Assembly: GCA_051652245.1 (NCBI GenBank)
Contig: JBOFTV010000088.1
Span: forward strand, 15,969-39,968
Direction: 5' to 3'
Length of the DNA: 24,000 nt
DNA from: Culicoidibacterales bacterium
GTDB lineage: Bacteria > Bacillota_I > Bacilli_A > Culicoidibacterales > Culicoidibacteraceae
Within the stretch, counting starts at the first letter, position 1. Each line of letters begins with the position of its first letter. The translations under genes were made by a program, and so were the position numbers. Positions 1-8,968 of the stretch are shown piece by piece. The notes under the pieces are model-generated. The model was not told the DNA's origin, did not search any database, and saw nothing but the letters and a program-made list of their open reading frames with translations.

Positions 1-806
1 ATTTGCACGGGAATCGGTTGATCATTTACAACAACTTTGGTGATTTTTTTGATCCCATGCCGATAAAGTGCATTTACATGATCCTCAACTGTATAATTAT
101 CTGTTTCACCAGCTTCCGTCATAATATTACTAATATAAACAACATCTGCCCGCTTATTATTAGCAATTGCTTGTGCTACTTCAGGCACAATTACATTTGG
201 CAAAACACTTGTATACAAGCTTCCAGGCCCTAAAACAATAACATCTGCTGCCTGAATTGCTTCAATTACCCCCGGAGAAGTACGCACCTCTGCTTCATAA
301 AAAATTTCAGTCAGCGGACTAGTGAGCGACGAAAAATTTGATTCTCCCTCTACCAGTGTTCCATCAAGGCAACGACCACACAAAATTTGTGCTTTATTTG
401 ACAGTGGGAAGACCGTTCCATTAACATTGAGCATTTGTGCTGTTTTTTTGACCGCTAGGTTGAAATCACCATTATATATTTGTGTCATTGCTGCCAAAAT
501 CAAATTCCCCACTGGGTGTCCCTTTAAATAACTTTCCTCCTCTGGTGTATCACCTTGAAAACGAAATTGCAGTAATTGTTGTAGTTGTTCTGGCGAGTTA
601 CTTAGTGCAACAATTACGTTCCTAATATCACCTGGGGGGGGGATTTGTAACTCTTCACGCAGGACACCAGAACTCCCTCCACTATCTGCCACTGTTACGA
701 TTGCCGTTATCATTACGGGAAATGATTTAAGCCCCCTAAGGAACGTTGAAAGGCCTGTTCCTCCACCTATTGCAACTATTTTAGGCTGCTTACCAATATA
801 TTGCAT
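1..806 (-). CDS. yvcK: YvcK/CofD-family (UPF0052) gluconeogenesis/cell-shape factor; N-terminal part only, the C-terminus lies beyond the left edge
   Basis: Absent from the ORF track because it is open at the window edge. Hand translation of the minus strand from ATG 806..804 gives MQYIGKQPKIVAIGGGTGLSTFLRGLKSFPVMITAIVTVADSGGSSGVLREELQIPPPGDIRNVIVAL...LGPGSLYTSVLPN. This contains the GGGTGLS, TVADxGGSSG and PPGDIRN motifs of YvcK. AGGAGG lies 7 nt upstream of the ATG. The gene sits directly downstream of rapZ, as in the conserved rapZ(yvcJ)-yvcK-whiA cluster. Confidence 0.85.
   Translation of the reverse strand, partial: MQYIGKQPKIVAIGGGTGLSTFLRGLKSFPVMITAIVTVADSGGSSGVLREELQIPPPGDIRNVIVALSNSPEQLQQLLQFRFQGDTPEEESYLKGHPVGNLILAAMTQIYNGDFNLAVKKTAQMLNVNGTVFPLSNKAQILCGRCLDGTLVEGESNFSSLTSPLTEIFYEAEVRTSPGVIEAIQAADVIVLGPGSLYTSVLPNVIVPEVAQAIANNKRADVVYISNIMTEAGETDNYTVEDHVNALYRHGIKKITKVVVNDQPIPVQ
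634..642. repeat. G9 (C9 on the coding strand) homopolymer inside yvcK
   Basis: ctGGGGGGGGGat at 634-642 encodes the conserved PPP of IPPPGDIRN as CCC CCC CCA. This is the longest G/C homopolymer I saw in this AT-rich window. Confidence 0.9.
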
Positions 807-832
807 CGCTACTCCTCCTATACGTATAACAC

Positions 833-1741
833 TTATTTATTTTGCTCAAATCGCTTGATAACTTCGGCTTTATTTTTCTCCATATCACGGTGCTGCACAA
901 AACAGATGTATTTCTTTTTAAAATCCTGATAGAATTTTTCGGCAAATGCAACAGAGCGATGTTGACCACCCGTACAGCCAAATGCTATAACAAAATTGTT
1001 CCTTTTGTCCTTTTTATATTTACTTAGGAGGAAGGTCAAATAATTCATTGTTTTTTCATATAGTTCTACGCCTTCCGCACCTTCTAAAACAAAATCATAC
1101 ACAAGAGCATCTTTTCCTGTTTTAAGCCGCATTGTTTCGTCATAGAATGGATTAGGTAAGTAGCGGACATCTAAAACAAAGTCGGCATCAAGTGGAATAC
1201 CATGCTTAAAACCAAATGACATAAACATCACATTAAAAATACCTAGTTCGTTTGCTTCATTAAATAATGCTGTCAACCTAAGTGTCAATTCTTTCATATT
1301 AAGTTGTGAAGTATCAACAATGACATCGGCATTTTGCTTTAATTTTTGCATTAGCTGTCTTTCTTTTACAACCGCTTCCGCAAGCGTTGCTGTTGCCGAT
1401 GCTAGCGGATGCTTCCTTCTTGTTTCACGATAACGACCTAATAAAACATTATCTTCGGCATCAAGAAACAATAATTCTATTTGATATTTTTTTTCATTTC
1501 TCTGATCTTTTAATTCATTGTATGCCGTTTGAATATTATTAACTGAATGATACTTAATATCAAAGATGAAGCCAATCTTTTTAGGAGTGGCTTCATCTTG
1601 TTTTTCAACTAAATCAACGACTAATGAAATAAATGTTGGTGGCATATTATCAATGCACATGTACCCTAGATCTTCTAACGCACTTTGTGTTGTTGTCTTC
1701 CCTGCCCCACTCATACCGCATACTAATAGTACTTTAAGCAT
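833..1741 (-). CDS. rapZ: RNase adapter / P-loop NTPase RapZ (YvcJ)
   Basis: ORF 833..1756. Walker A motif GMSGAGKTT near the N-terminus and C-terminal GCTGGQHRSV motif typical of RapZ. I prefer the ATG at 1741 (MLKVLLVCG...) because GGAG lies 9 nt upstream; the ATGs at 1756 and 1750 lack a usable SD. It overlaps the Nudix stop by 8 nt. Confidence 0.9.
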   Translation of the reverse strand: MLKVLLVCGMSGAGKTTTQSALEDLGYMCIDNMPPTFISLVVDLVEKQDEATPKKIGFIFDIKYHSVNNIQTAYNELKDQRNEKKYQIELLFLDAEDNVLLGRYRETRRKHPLASATATLAEAVVKERQLMQKLKQNADVIVDTSQLNMKELTLRLTALFNEANELGIFNVMFMSFGFKHGIPLDADFVLDVRYLPNPFYDETMRLKTGKDALVYDFVLEGAEGVELYEKTMNYLTFLLSKYKKDKRNNFVIAFGCTGGQHRSVAFAEKFYQDFKKKYICFVQHRDMEKNKAEVIKRFEQNK

Positions 1742-2228
1742 GATTTTCATCTCCATCTATCTTATAAGATATTAGTTCTTTATAATTATTTTGATAATCA
1801 AAACTTGCATGTTTTAACTTTATTGGCATTTCTGCTTTGATTTCTACCAGTAATTTTTGTAATAATATTTTGTCCCCGCTGAACATTGGTAAATCCTCTA
1901 TTTCATCGATATTTTTCCAAGCCAAAATTCCTTCTGGCGTTCTATTTAATAACGTTCCTTTAAATTTGGTTGCAAAAAAAGCATATAGCTGTAGGCCTTT
2001 AATATTACAACTGCTATCAATATTAGCATCAGTCCGTATTTTTGAAATTGATGCTAATATTGGTTCTACTATTAGTCCTGTTTCTTCTTCAAATTCTCGT
2101 TTTGCTGTTTCATACAATGTTTCTGAATTTTCTTGTTTACCACCTGGACCAACATAGTATTTTCTTGTGTTTTTATATAAAAACAATATTTTTTCTTCAT
2201 GGATTAAATATGTAATGGCAACATTCAT
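1734..2228 (-). CDS. Nudix-family hydrolase
   Basis: 164-aa ORF with a clear Nudix box GGKQENSETLYETAKREFEEETGL (Gx5Ex7REUxEExGU). GAGGGA SD upstream. Lies 24 nt downstream of the S1 gene, so it is probably co-transcribed. Confidence 0.8.
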   Translation of the reverse strand: MNVAITYLIHEEKILFLYKNTRKYYVGPGGKQENSETLYETAKREFEEETGLIVEPILASISKIRTDANIDSSCNIKGLQLYAFFATKFKGTLLNRTPEGILAWKNIDEIEDLPMFSGDKILLQKLLVEIKAEMPIKLKHASFDYQNNYKELISYKIDGDENHA

Positions 2229-2252
2229 TTTTCTTCCCTCAATTTTCTTTGC

Positions 2253-3647
2253 TTATCTAGAGTCATCATTTCCTAGAGCTGCTTGAAAAATGCTTTTTAA
2301 TGAGTTATCTTCATTTTTAATTTCATTTTCAACACGCGTGCGGTATTCATCTAATTGTTTTTGTTCTTCTGCACGAATTATCGATGCCTGGCTTACTACA
2401 ACACGTCGTCTACTTGGATTTAATTCAGTAATTTGTACTTCCAATGTTTGTCCTTCTTTAAAGTTATCAGATAACTCTTGATTTTCTTCCAAGAGTGTCT
2501 CACGTTTATAAAACATTGCATCGACATATTGGATTAAATTAACCCATAAATGATTACGTTCAATTCGCTTAACTTTTACATTAACAATATCACCTACGTG
2601 ATGTGTTTCCCACAGTGTATCCCACGGATCAGCTTCAAGCTTCTTAATTGATAACGATAGTTTCCTTTTATCCGCGTCAATCATAATGATTTTGACTTTT
2701 ACTGCTTCATTTTCGGAGATGATATCTTTGAAATTTACGTATGTATCAAATGAAACTTCACTTTTGTGAAGTAGCCCTTCAACACCTGGTAATACTTCGA
2801 CAAATGCACCAATTTCAATGATTTTCTTAATTTTTGCATCCACAACATCACCCGCTTTATATGTTGCCATAAATTGCTCCCATGGTGTTGGTAATAGTGC
2901 TTTAATTGATGCAATAAATTGATTATCCTTACGTATTTCTTTAATCATTACTTCAACTGTTTGACCAATTGTATAAATTGCTTCTAGTTCGGCAATTTGT
3001 AAATATGAGACTTCTTTACGAGGGACAAAACCACGAATCATGTCTTCGTATTGTACTTCCAACCCTGCCCCAACAATAGAAGTAATCTTCGTTTCTATTG
3101 TTTTATTTACTTCAAGTGTTGCCAGTGTTTCTACTCGTTTTTGTTTGTATGCCTGATCAACAAGCTTTCTTGCTGAAACAATAATTTGTTGTCTTTTCTC
3201 ATCTATATCAGTAATGACAACATCAAATGCTTGATCAACGTAATTTTTAGGCTCCGCACCCTTAATACCAATTTGTGATACGGGCATAAAGAAAGTGAAC
3301 ATGCCTTTATGCTCTAATCCACCACGATTAAAGCGTTCAAATTCTAATGAAATTACTGCCTGCTCTTTCATTTTCTCTTTGTACTCTTCCATTAATACTT
3401 CTTTTTCAAAGGGTAATCTTGATAATAAGACTTGCTCATCACTAACAAATGTAATCATTGTTTTGATCTCATCTCCAACTTTTACTGTTTCTCTAAAATC
3501 GGATACCTGTTCAAAGCTATAGTGTTGCTTATCTATTTTGGCATCACATGATGCACCAACATCCATGTAAATAACATCTTTATCTACACCAATAACTGTT
3601 CCTATAATTCTTTCCCCGACTTTAAATGTTTTGATTTCTAATTCCAT
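2253..3647 (-). CDS. rpsA: Ribosomal protein S1-like protein with multiple S1 RNA-binding domains
   Basis: 464-aa ORF with repeated S1/OB-fold signatures (G..v.G.V...........GfV/GllH.se). These recur about every 85 aa, e.g. GERIIGTVIGVDKDVIYMDVG, IETKITSIVGAGLEVQY..IRGFVPRKEVS, DAKIKKIIEIGAFVEVLPGVEGLLHKSEVS, NVKVKRIERNHLWVNL. Confidence 0.8.
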   Translation of the reverse strand: MELEIKTFKVGERIIGTVIGVDKDVIYMDVGASCDAKIDKQHYSFEQVSDFRETVKVGDEIKTMITFVSDEQVLLSRLPFEKEVLMEEYKEKMKEQAVISLEFERFNRGGLEHKGMFTFFMPVSQIGIKGAEPKNYVDQAFDVVITDIDEKRQQIIVSARKLVDQAYKQKRVETLATLEVNKTIETKITSIVGAGLEVQYEDMIRGFVPRKEVSYLQIAELEAIYTIGQTVEVMIKEIRKDNQFIASIKALLPTPWEQFMATYKAGDVVDAKIKKIIEIGAFVEVLPGVEGLLHKSEVSFDTYVNFKDIISENEAVKVKIIMIDADKRKLSLSIKKLEADPWDTLWETHHVGDIVNVKVKRIERNHLWVNLIQYVDAMFYKRETLLEENQELSDNFKEGQTLEVQITELNPSRRRVVVSQASIIRAEEQKQLDEYRTRVENEIKNEDNSLKSIFQAALGNDDSR

Positions 3648-3693
3648 AATGCGCCTCCGTTATACTTTCTTGTTTTTTAAAAAACTTGCGTCT

Positions 3694-3722
3694 ATTATAC
3701 CAATTATAGCGCTTTTTTGCAA
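3694..3722 (-). promoter_or_regulatory. Sigma-A type promoter for the rpsA-nudix-rapZ-yvcK genes
   Basis: Minus strand reads TTGCAA-17 nt-TATAAT, with TGG immediately upstream of the -10 (extended -10). It lies about 45 nt upstream of the S1 start. Confidence 0.6.
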
Positions 3723-3744
3723 TAGAACGCCGATAAGATTCCAC

Positions 3745-5037
3745 TTATTCGTATTTTGCAACACCATCAGTTATTGTGTTGGCATCAATTACACACTTTT
3801 TCACCTTTTTATCTGGTAATTCATACATTATCTCAAGCATCATTGTCTCAATGATACTTCTTAACCCCCTTGCACCCAGTTTCTTTTGATAGGCAAGTGC
3901 TGCAATTTCTTTAAGTGCTGACTTTGTAAATTCAAGTTCTACTTCATCCATCTTAAATAATGCTTTATATTGCTTAACTAGAGCATTTTTTGGTTTAGTT
4001 AAAATGGCTAACAGTGCTTTTTCATCTAAGGCATCAAGCTGGCAAATAAGAGGTAGCCGCCCTACTAATTCTGGTATGATACCATAGTGAATAATATCTT
4101 CTGGCAATACTTCTACACTTTTATTGGTTGTTGACGCTTTATGCGTAAAACCAATGCCTTCACTGTCTTTTTGTCGTTTTTTCTGTACTGTTTGTAAATT
4201 AGCAAAAGCGCCTCCACAGATGAACAGAATATTTTTTGTATCTAATTGCAGGAATTCTTGATTTGGATGCTTTCGTCCGCCTTGTGGTGGCACATTGGAA
4301 ATCGTTCCTTCAATAATTTTAAGCAGCGCCTGTTGAACCCCTTCACCCGATACATCGCGCGTAATTGAAGTGTTTTCCGATTTACGAGCAATTTTATCAA
4401 TTTCGTCAATATAAATTATGCCCTGCTGAGCTCGCTCAATATCATAATCAGCAGATTGGATTAGCTTTAACAAAATATTTTCAACATCTTCGCCCACATA
4501 ACCCGCTTCTGTTAATGTTGTTGCATCAGCAATAGCAAAGGGAACATCTAAGTATTTTGCTAAAGTTTGTGCAAGTAGCGTCTTTCCACTTCCCGAATCT
4601 CCTAGTAGCAGAATATTACTTTTCTCAATTTCAACTTCGTTACTTGCATATTTATTAAGCTCATTGTACTTTAGCCTTTTATAGTGATTGTAAACCGCCA
4701 CTGCTAGTGTCTTTTTAGCTTTATCTTGGCCAATAACATATTGATTTAAGTAGGTATTAATCTTTTTAGGAGTTTTCATTTTAATATTTATTGGTTTTGG
4801 TTTTGGACTTTGATTATTTACTTCCATCACCATTGCCTCGTCATCTAAATCAACGCCTAGCACTGATTCGACCCACTGCTCAACTTCATCGTCTGATAAG
4901 TTTACCGGAGCATGATTTTTGATGATTTCTTCGATACAGCCAAAGCAAACATCGCCCTCAGTTGCTTTAATTAGTGGTCCCACTTCTTTATCGCTCAACC
5001 CACAAATTGTACATATTTTAGTTTTTTTACCACGCAT
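3745..5037 (-). CDS. clpX: ATP-dependent Clp protease ATP-binding subunit ClpX
   Basis: N-terminal C4 zinc-binding domain (CTICG...CFGC). Walker [19 protein letters not shown] and Walker [14 protein letters not shown]-like loop (GIGF), sensor motifs and GARGLRSI near the C-terminus. Lies downstream of tig, the classical arrangement. Confidence 0.95.
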   Translation of the reverse strand: MRGKKTKICTICGLSDKEVGPLIKATEGDVCFGCIEEIIKNHAPVNLSDDEVEQWVESVLGVDLDDEAMVMEVNNQSPKPKPINIKMKTPKKINTYLNQYVIGQDKAKKTLAVAVYNHYKRLKYNELNKYASNEVEIEKSNILLLGDSGSGKTLLAQTLAKYLDVPFAIADATTLTEAGYVGEDVENILLKLIQSADYDIERAQQGIIYIDEIDKIARKSENTSITRDVSGEGVQQALLKIIEGTISNVPPQGGRKHPNQEFLQLDTKNILFICGGAFANLQTVQKKRQKDSEGIGFTHKASTTNKSVEVLPEDIIHYGIIPELVGRLPLICQLDALDEKALLAILTKPKNALVKQYKALFKMDEVELEFTKSALKEIAALAYQKKLGARGLRSIIETMMLEIMYELPDKKVKKCVIDANTITDGVAKYE

Positions 5038-5080
5038 ATTTTATGCTCCTATCAATTAAATTATCCTAGCTTAATTTTGG

Positions 5081-5127
5081 AAAAAAAACCTTAACTTTTG
5101 TTCAACATATTGCTCAACTCATTAAGG
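5081..5127 (-). terminator. Possible weak terminator/attenuator between tig and clpX
   Basis: Minus-strand RNA is AAGCCUUAA-(27-nt loop)-UUAAGGUUU followed by a run of U (8 T in total). The large loop makes it weak, so read-through into clpX is plausible. Confidence 0.35.
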
Positions 5128-5137
5128 CTTCTAGCGA

Positions 5138-6409
5138 TTACTTTATATTTTCAATTAAAAATTGAATTGCTTTTTCCATTTTTAAATCTTCCGCTAAATT
5201 TGGCACAAGCGCTTTTAATTCTGTTGCTTCCATTTGATACATCCCCGCTAATTCAGCGATTTTAACGTCAACATCAACATCAGTTACTTCAATGTTTTCT
5301 GCCGCAACTACTGCTTCAAGTGCCAACGATTCTTTAATCTGTTTTGTTGCATCCGGTGTCATTTGTTCACGTAAAGCTTCTTCTTTTGTTCCTGTTAATT
5401 CGTAATACTTAGGTAAATCAATTCCTTGACCTGACAACTGTTGACCAAAATTTTCAAGCATCTTGTCAACTTGCATTGCTACCATTTCTTTTGGTAAATC
5501 AACTGTTAAGTTTTCAACTAATTGTCCTAAAACATCACTTTTAATTTTTGCTTCTGCATCCGCTGCTTTTTGTTTTGTTAATTTTTCGGAAACGTGTTCA
5601 ACTAGTTCTACTTCTTTTTTAACTTTTTCTAGTTCTAATTTAGCGATGAGGTCCTCTGTTAATTCAGGTAAAATTTTTGTTTTAACTTCATGGACTGTAA
5701 CTTTGAATACGGCTTCTGCCCCCGCTAAATCTTCTGAGTGATATTGCTCTGGGAAAGTTACTGTTACATCAACTACATCCCCCGCTTTTGTCCCAACAAG
5801 TTGTTGTTCAAATCCGGGAATAAAGCTATTACTTCCCAAGACTAGTGAATGATTCTCACCTTTTCCACCATCAAATGCAACACCGTCTTTAAATCCTTCA
5901 AAGTCGATTACAGCTGTATCACCATCAACCGCAGCATCTTCTTTTAATTCCATTTCTGAAAAGCGATCCACCATTGAATTAATCTCCGCTTTAATATCTT
6001 CTTTTGTTACTGTTGTCTCTGCTTTTTCTACCGTTAGTCCTTTGTATTGTCCAAGTGTTACTTCTGGTTTAGTTGCAACAGTTATCTTGATTGTTAATTC
6101 TTTACCTGGCTCAAATTTTTCTAAATCTACTGATGGGTAAGCCACTGGATTTACCTCTGGATTATTTTCAAGTGCCTGACGGTAAACAACCGTGATAACT
6201 TCATCTAATGCATCTTGATACAAACTCTCTTTACCATATTTCTTTTCAAAAATTGCTTGTGGTACTTTACCTTTTCTAAATCCTGGCACTGAAACCTCAG
6301 CCGAAACTTTCTTATATGCTTTTGCAACCGCTTCTTCAAATTGCTCTGGTGTAACCTCAATGATAAGTTCCGTGTAATTTCCTTCTAGTTTATTAATTGT
6401 TGTACTCAT
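5138..6409 (-). CDS. tig: Trigger factor (ribosome-associated PPIase chaperone)
   Basis: 423-aa ORF. The N-terminal ribosome-binding signature GFRKGKVP is present. Central FKBP-type PPIase region (DFEGFKDGVAFDGGKGENHSLVLGSNSFIPGFEQQLVG). Acidic helical C-terminal domain. GGAGG SD upstream. Confidence 0.93.
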   Translation of the reverse strand: MSTTINKLEGNYTELIIEVTPEQFEEAVAKAYKKVSAEVSVPGFRKGKVPQAIFEKKYGKESLYQDALDEVITVVYRQALENNPEVNPVAYPSVDLEKFEPGKELTIKITVATKPEVTLGQYKGLTVEKAETTVTKEDIKAEINSMVDRFSEMELKEDAAVDGDTAVIDFEGFKDGVAFDGGKGENHSLVLGSNSFIPGFEQQLVGTKAGDVVDVTVTFPEQYHSEDLAGAEAVFKVTVHEVKTKILPELTEDLIAKLELEKVKKEVELVEHVSEKLTKQKAADAEAKIKSDVLGQLVENLTVDLPKEMVAMQVDKMLENFGQQLSGQGIDLPKYYELTGTKEEALREQMTPDATKQIKESLALEAVVAAENIEVTDVDVDVKIAELAGMYQMEATELKALVPNLAEDLKMEKAIQFLIENIK

Positions 6410-6433
6410 TTTATAATAACCTCCATTTAATTT

Positions 6434-6472
6434 TTATGTGCATAATTATCCTGATAATTGATACGCACATAA
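6434..6472 (-). promoter_or_regulatory. Imperfect palindrome/hairpin in the tig 5' leader
   Basis: TTATGTGC (6434-6441) pairs with GCACATAA (6465-6472). An inner AATTA/TAATT stem is also present. It lies between the predicted tig promoter and the tig RBS. Confidence 0.4.
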
Positions 6473-6514
6473 AACGTATTCAAGTCATCCTATATTTTTA
6501 CACTATACCCTAAT

Positions 6515-6543
6515 ATGATAGTAGAATATACCCTATTTGTCAA
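6515..6543 (-). promoter_or_regulatory. Sigma-A type promoter for tig
   Basis: Minus strand reads TTGACA-17 nt-TATCAT. It lies about 100 nt upstream of the tig ATG. Confidence 0.6.
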
Positions 6544-6593
6544 GCATTAGCTACATTTTGTCCCCTTTTTTCTTTTTAAAAAAGTCTCTCGCT

Positions 6594-6671
6594 TTAATTA
6601 CAATTTCCACCCTCGTCCGTAAATAAATCTTCCAAAATGAATCTAAATATCTTTTTTATAATTTTACTCAT
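6594..6671 (-). CDS. Hypothetical 25-aa small ORF (MSKIIKKIFRFILEDLFTDEGGNCN)
   Basis: Found by hand; it is below the ORF-track size cutoff. ATG at 6671 is preceded by GAGGGGGG with a 7-nt spacer. A TATAAT on the minus strand (6744-6749) could drive it. There is no homology evidence. Confidence 0.2.
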   Translation of the reverse strand: MSKIIKKIFRFILEDLFTDEGGNCN

Positions 6672-6789
6672 TTTATCGCCCCCTCATCTATACTTTCGCA
6701 ATTTTTCTTTGTTTTATTCGATGTTTTTTGCTTGTAATATGATATTATAGTAGGATACCCAATAATTTTACACGTTTAGGAGGCGTTTT

Positions 6790-8451
6790 ATGATAAAAAT
6801 ATTAATTTCGGCATTTGTATTGATGCTTACATTAAATAATACTATTCCTTCCTCTGTGGGAGGAACAAATAGCCAAACTCTTCAACCCGATGTAGTCAAT
6901 AGCACACCATTACCTCAAGAGGTCAAAGTTGATGGCCAACTGACTTACGTTGGTGATGCAACAACAGTTAGTTCTAGTGCTTCACCCGAGGCATCAGAAG
7001 TTGCCTCCAGCAAAGTTATTCCTACAATCATCCCTAATCCTGAACCAGAAACTGAACCATTAAGCGACCAACCCCAAATCCAAGATGCTCAAAAACCAGT
7101 ACCTGGGGTGGAAAGTCAACCTGATAAAGTGCCTAGTGACGCTACAAGTTCAGTGACACAAAATTATCAATTTGCCTATTCAAATGAAAGTAATGCCTGC
7201 ACTACAATGCCTTTATACAATTATAAAACATTAAAAGCACATAGTTATATTGATTGTCTTGGTTACTTGATGGAATACCTTGGTGATAACCCTGATTTTG
7301 CGTTTTATGATGTAAGATTCCAAGGCTCAATCTACGCTGTTAGGAAAACTGATATCGCAACCCTATATCGAGCAACAGATATCAAAAGTATGCCGTATTA
7401 CATCAATGATGGTGGCTATGTTACGCACTATATCGAGAGAAACCCTGTGAAAGAAGAGCCCCCAATCTACATATCTAAATTGGGCTACGCTCCCTCATGG
7501 ATGATCCCGGGTCAGAAGTATTTTAGTTTTGATGGCATCTATTTTCAAACTGATATCGCCAAATTAGGTAAATATGATAATGCCGAAGGCAGCATCAATG
7601 AATCCTTACCATACTATGACTACTATCTCTATCTTCCCCTTCGAAGTCAGACAACCTACACGGGAGAACAACTCTCACGCGCTTTCAGATATTTTTATGA
7701 TAGCAGCTCTTACAAAAACAAAACTTCAAAGATGATTAATAGCGGTCCCGCTTTTACAGAAATACAAAATAATTTTGGCACAAATGCACTTCTTGTAATG
7801 GCAATGGGTGTCCATGAAAGTGCCTATGGAACTAGTCAATTTGCTATTGAGCGAAATAATTTATTTGGTGTTGGTGCTGTCGATACTGATCCAAGTCTGG
7901 CAGCAAAGTTCGACAGTATTGCTGCTGGCATTACCGAACAAGGTAACTTTCTTTCTTGGGTTTATGCTGATGCCGATTATCCAACAGGCCTCAATTACTA
8001 TGGTTCTCACTTGGGGAATAAATCATCAGGCATGAATGTCAAATATGCCTCTGATCCGTTTTGGGGTGAAAAAATTGCAAGAACAATGGCAAGTTTTGAC
8101 CGCTATCTAGGTGAAAAAGATTATCGAAATAGCGATATTGCCATCGTTAAACAGGGAGCAACCGTCTATTGGCAAGAGAATGGTATCCAAAAAGCCCATA
8201 CATATAAACAGAGCACTAGCACCCAAGATAACATGTACCCTGTGGTCCTCGAAAAAAGTGCATTGTGGAACACAATTGCCATGGAACCATCCTACAATGC
8301 AAACAAGGTTGTAGGCCCCCGCTATCCAGAAGGTGGTAAATATAATCGCCGTTACAAAGGTTTTGTCAACAGCAACCAATTAATTATTATCTACCAAAAT
8401 AAAAAATTCCCAAATTTAACCCCATTGCCGGAAGTTAGCTTCTATTCTTAA
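6790..8451 (+). CDS. Secreted cell-wall hydrolase with a GH73 (mannosyl-glycoprotein endo-beta-N-acetylglucosaminidase) domain
   Basis: Hydrophobic N-terminal signal sequence (MIKILISAFVLMLTLNNT...). A Pro/Glu/Ser/Thr-rich linker follows. GH73 motifs are present: ALLVMAMGVHESAYGTSQFAIERNNLFGVGA (catalytic Glu in HES..G, NNLFG) and YASDPFWGEKIA. AGGAGG SD lies 6 nt upstream. Confidence 0.75.
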   Translation: MIKILISAFVLMLTLNNTIPSSVGGTNSQTLQPDVVNSTPLPQEVKVDGQLTYVGDATTVSSSASPEASEVASSKVIPTIIPNPEPETEPLSDQPQIQDAQKPVPGVESQPDKVPSDATSSVTQNYQFAYSNESNACTTMPLYNYKTLKAHSYIDCLGYLMEYLGDNPDFAFYDVRFQGSIYAVRKTDIATLYRATDIKSMPYYINDGGYVTHYIERNPVKEEPPIYISKLGYAPSWMIPGQKYFSFDGIYFQTDIAKLGKYDNAEGSINESLPYYDYYLYLPLRSQTTYTGEQLSRAFRYFYDSSSYKNKTSKMINSGPAFTEIQNNFGTNALLVMAMGVHESAYGTSQFAIERNNLFGVGAVDTDPSLAAKFDSIAAGITEQGNFLSWVYADADYPTGLNYYGSHLGNKSSGMNVKYASDPFWGEKIARTMASFDRYLGEKDYRNSDIAIVKQGATVYWQENGIQKAHTYKQSTSTQDNMYPVVLEKSALWNTIAMEPSYNANKVVGPRYPEGGKYNRRYKGFVNSNQLIIIYQNKKFPNLTPLPEVSFYS

Positions 8452-8453
8452 AT

Positions 8454-8505
8454 AATCGGACAAAAATAGTGAGCTAGAGTATAACTATTTTTGTCCGATT
8501 TTAAG
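8454..8505 (+). terminator. Rho-independent terminator of the GH73 gene
   Basis: A 16-bp perfect stem: AATCGGACAAAAATAG (8454-8469) pairs with CTATTTTTGTCCGATT (8485-8500). A T-rich tract follows. Confidence 0.8.
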
Positions 8506-8560
8506 TTTTTATTGTATAATAGGAGATGTATTTTTAAATTATTAGATAGGAGTTTTAATT

Positions 8561-8968
8561 ATGCTACAGCAAATCAAACAATCGATTCAAAATAAACTGC
8601 GCTACGCCCATGGATATGATAATTTGAATCGTTTTTTATTATATGTCCTTCTTGTTCTATCAATTGGGAGTATTTTTTTCAATAATTTTTATTCGTTCAT
8701 TGGATATTTTATTCTTTTCCCGATTATCGTGTTTCGTTTTTTTTCAAAAAATTATCGGAAGCGGACGACTGAAAACCAGGTTTATTTACGTGCCAAAAGA
8801 ACTTTAACTAAGCCTGTTATTAATTTGTTTCAGTATCTCGTTGATTTACCTAAGTTTAAGTATTTTAACTGCCCCACTTGTCGAGCTACGATTAGAATTC
8901 CACGCAAAAAGGGGCAAGTTAATATCACTTGCCCTAAATGTAAATCACAATTTTTGGGTAAAAGTTAG
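8561..8968 (+). CDS. Small membrane protein with a C-terminal C4 zinc-ribbon
   Basis: 135-aa ORF. Two hydrophobic segments (FLLYVLLVLSIGSIFF, FIGYFILFPIIVFRFF). A basic linker precedes CPTC-x18-CPKC (NCPTCRATIRIPRKKGQVNITCPKCKSQF). TAGGAG SD and a TATAAT box lie upstream. Confidence 0.5.
   Translation: MLQQIKQSIQNKLRYAHGYDNLNRFLLYVLLVLSIGSIFFNNFYSFIGYFILFPIIVFRFFSKNYRKRTTENQVYLRAKRTLTKPVINLFQYLVDLPKFKYFNCPTCRATIRIPRKKGQVNITCPKCKSQFLGKS

Noticed and set aside
3-531. Plus-strand ORFs 3..233 and 322..531 at the left edge
   Set aside because: They are antisense shadows of the yvcK coding sequence, which translates cleanly on the minus strand with all family motifs.
5038-5137. Search for a CtsR operator (GGTCAAA-N3-GGTCAAA) upstream of clpX and lon, and for a Zur box upstream of znuA/znuC
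   Set aside because: No match to either consensus is visible in these leaders.
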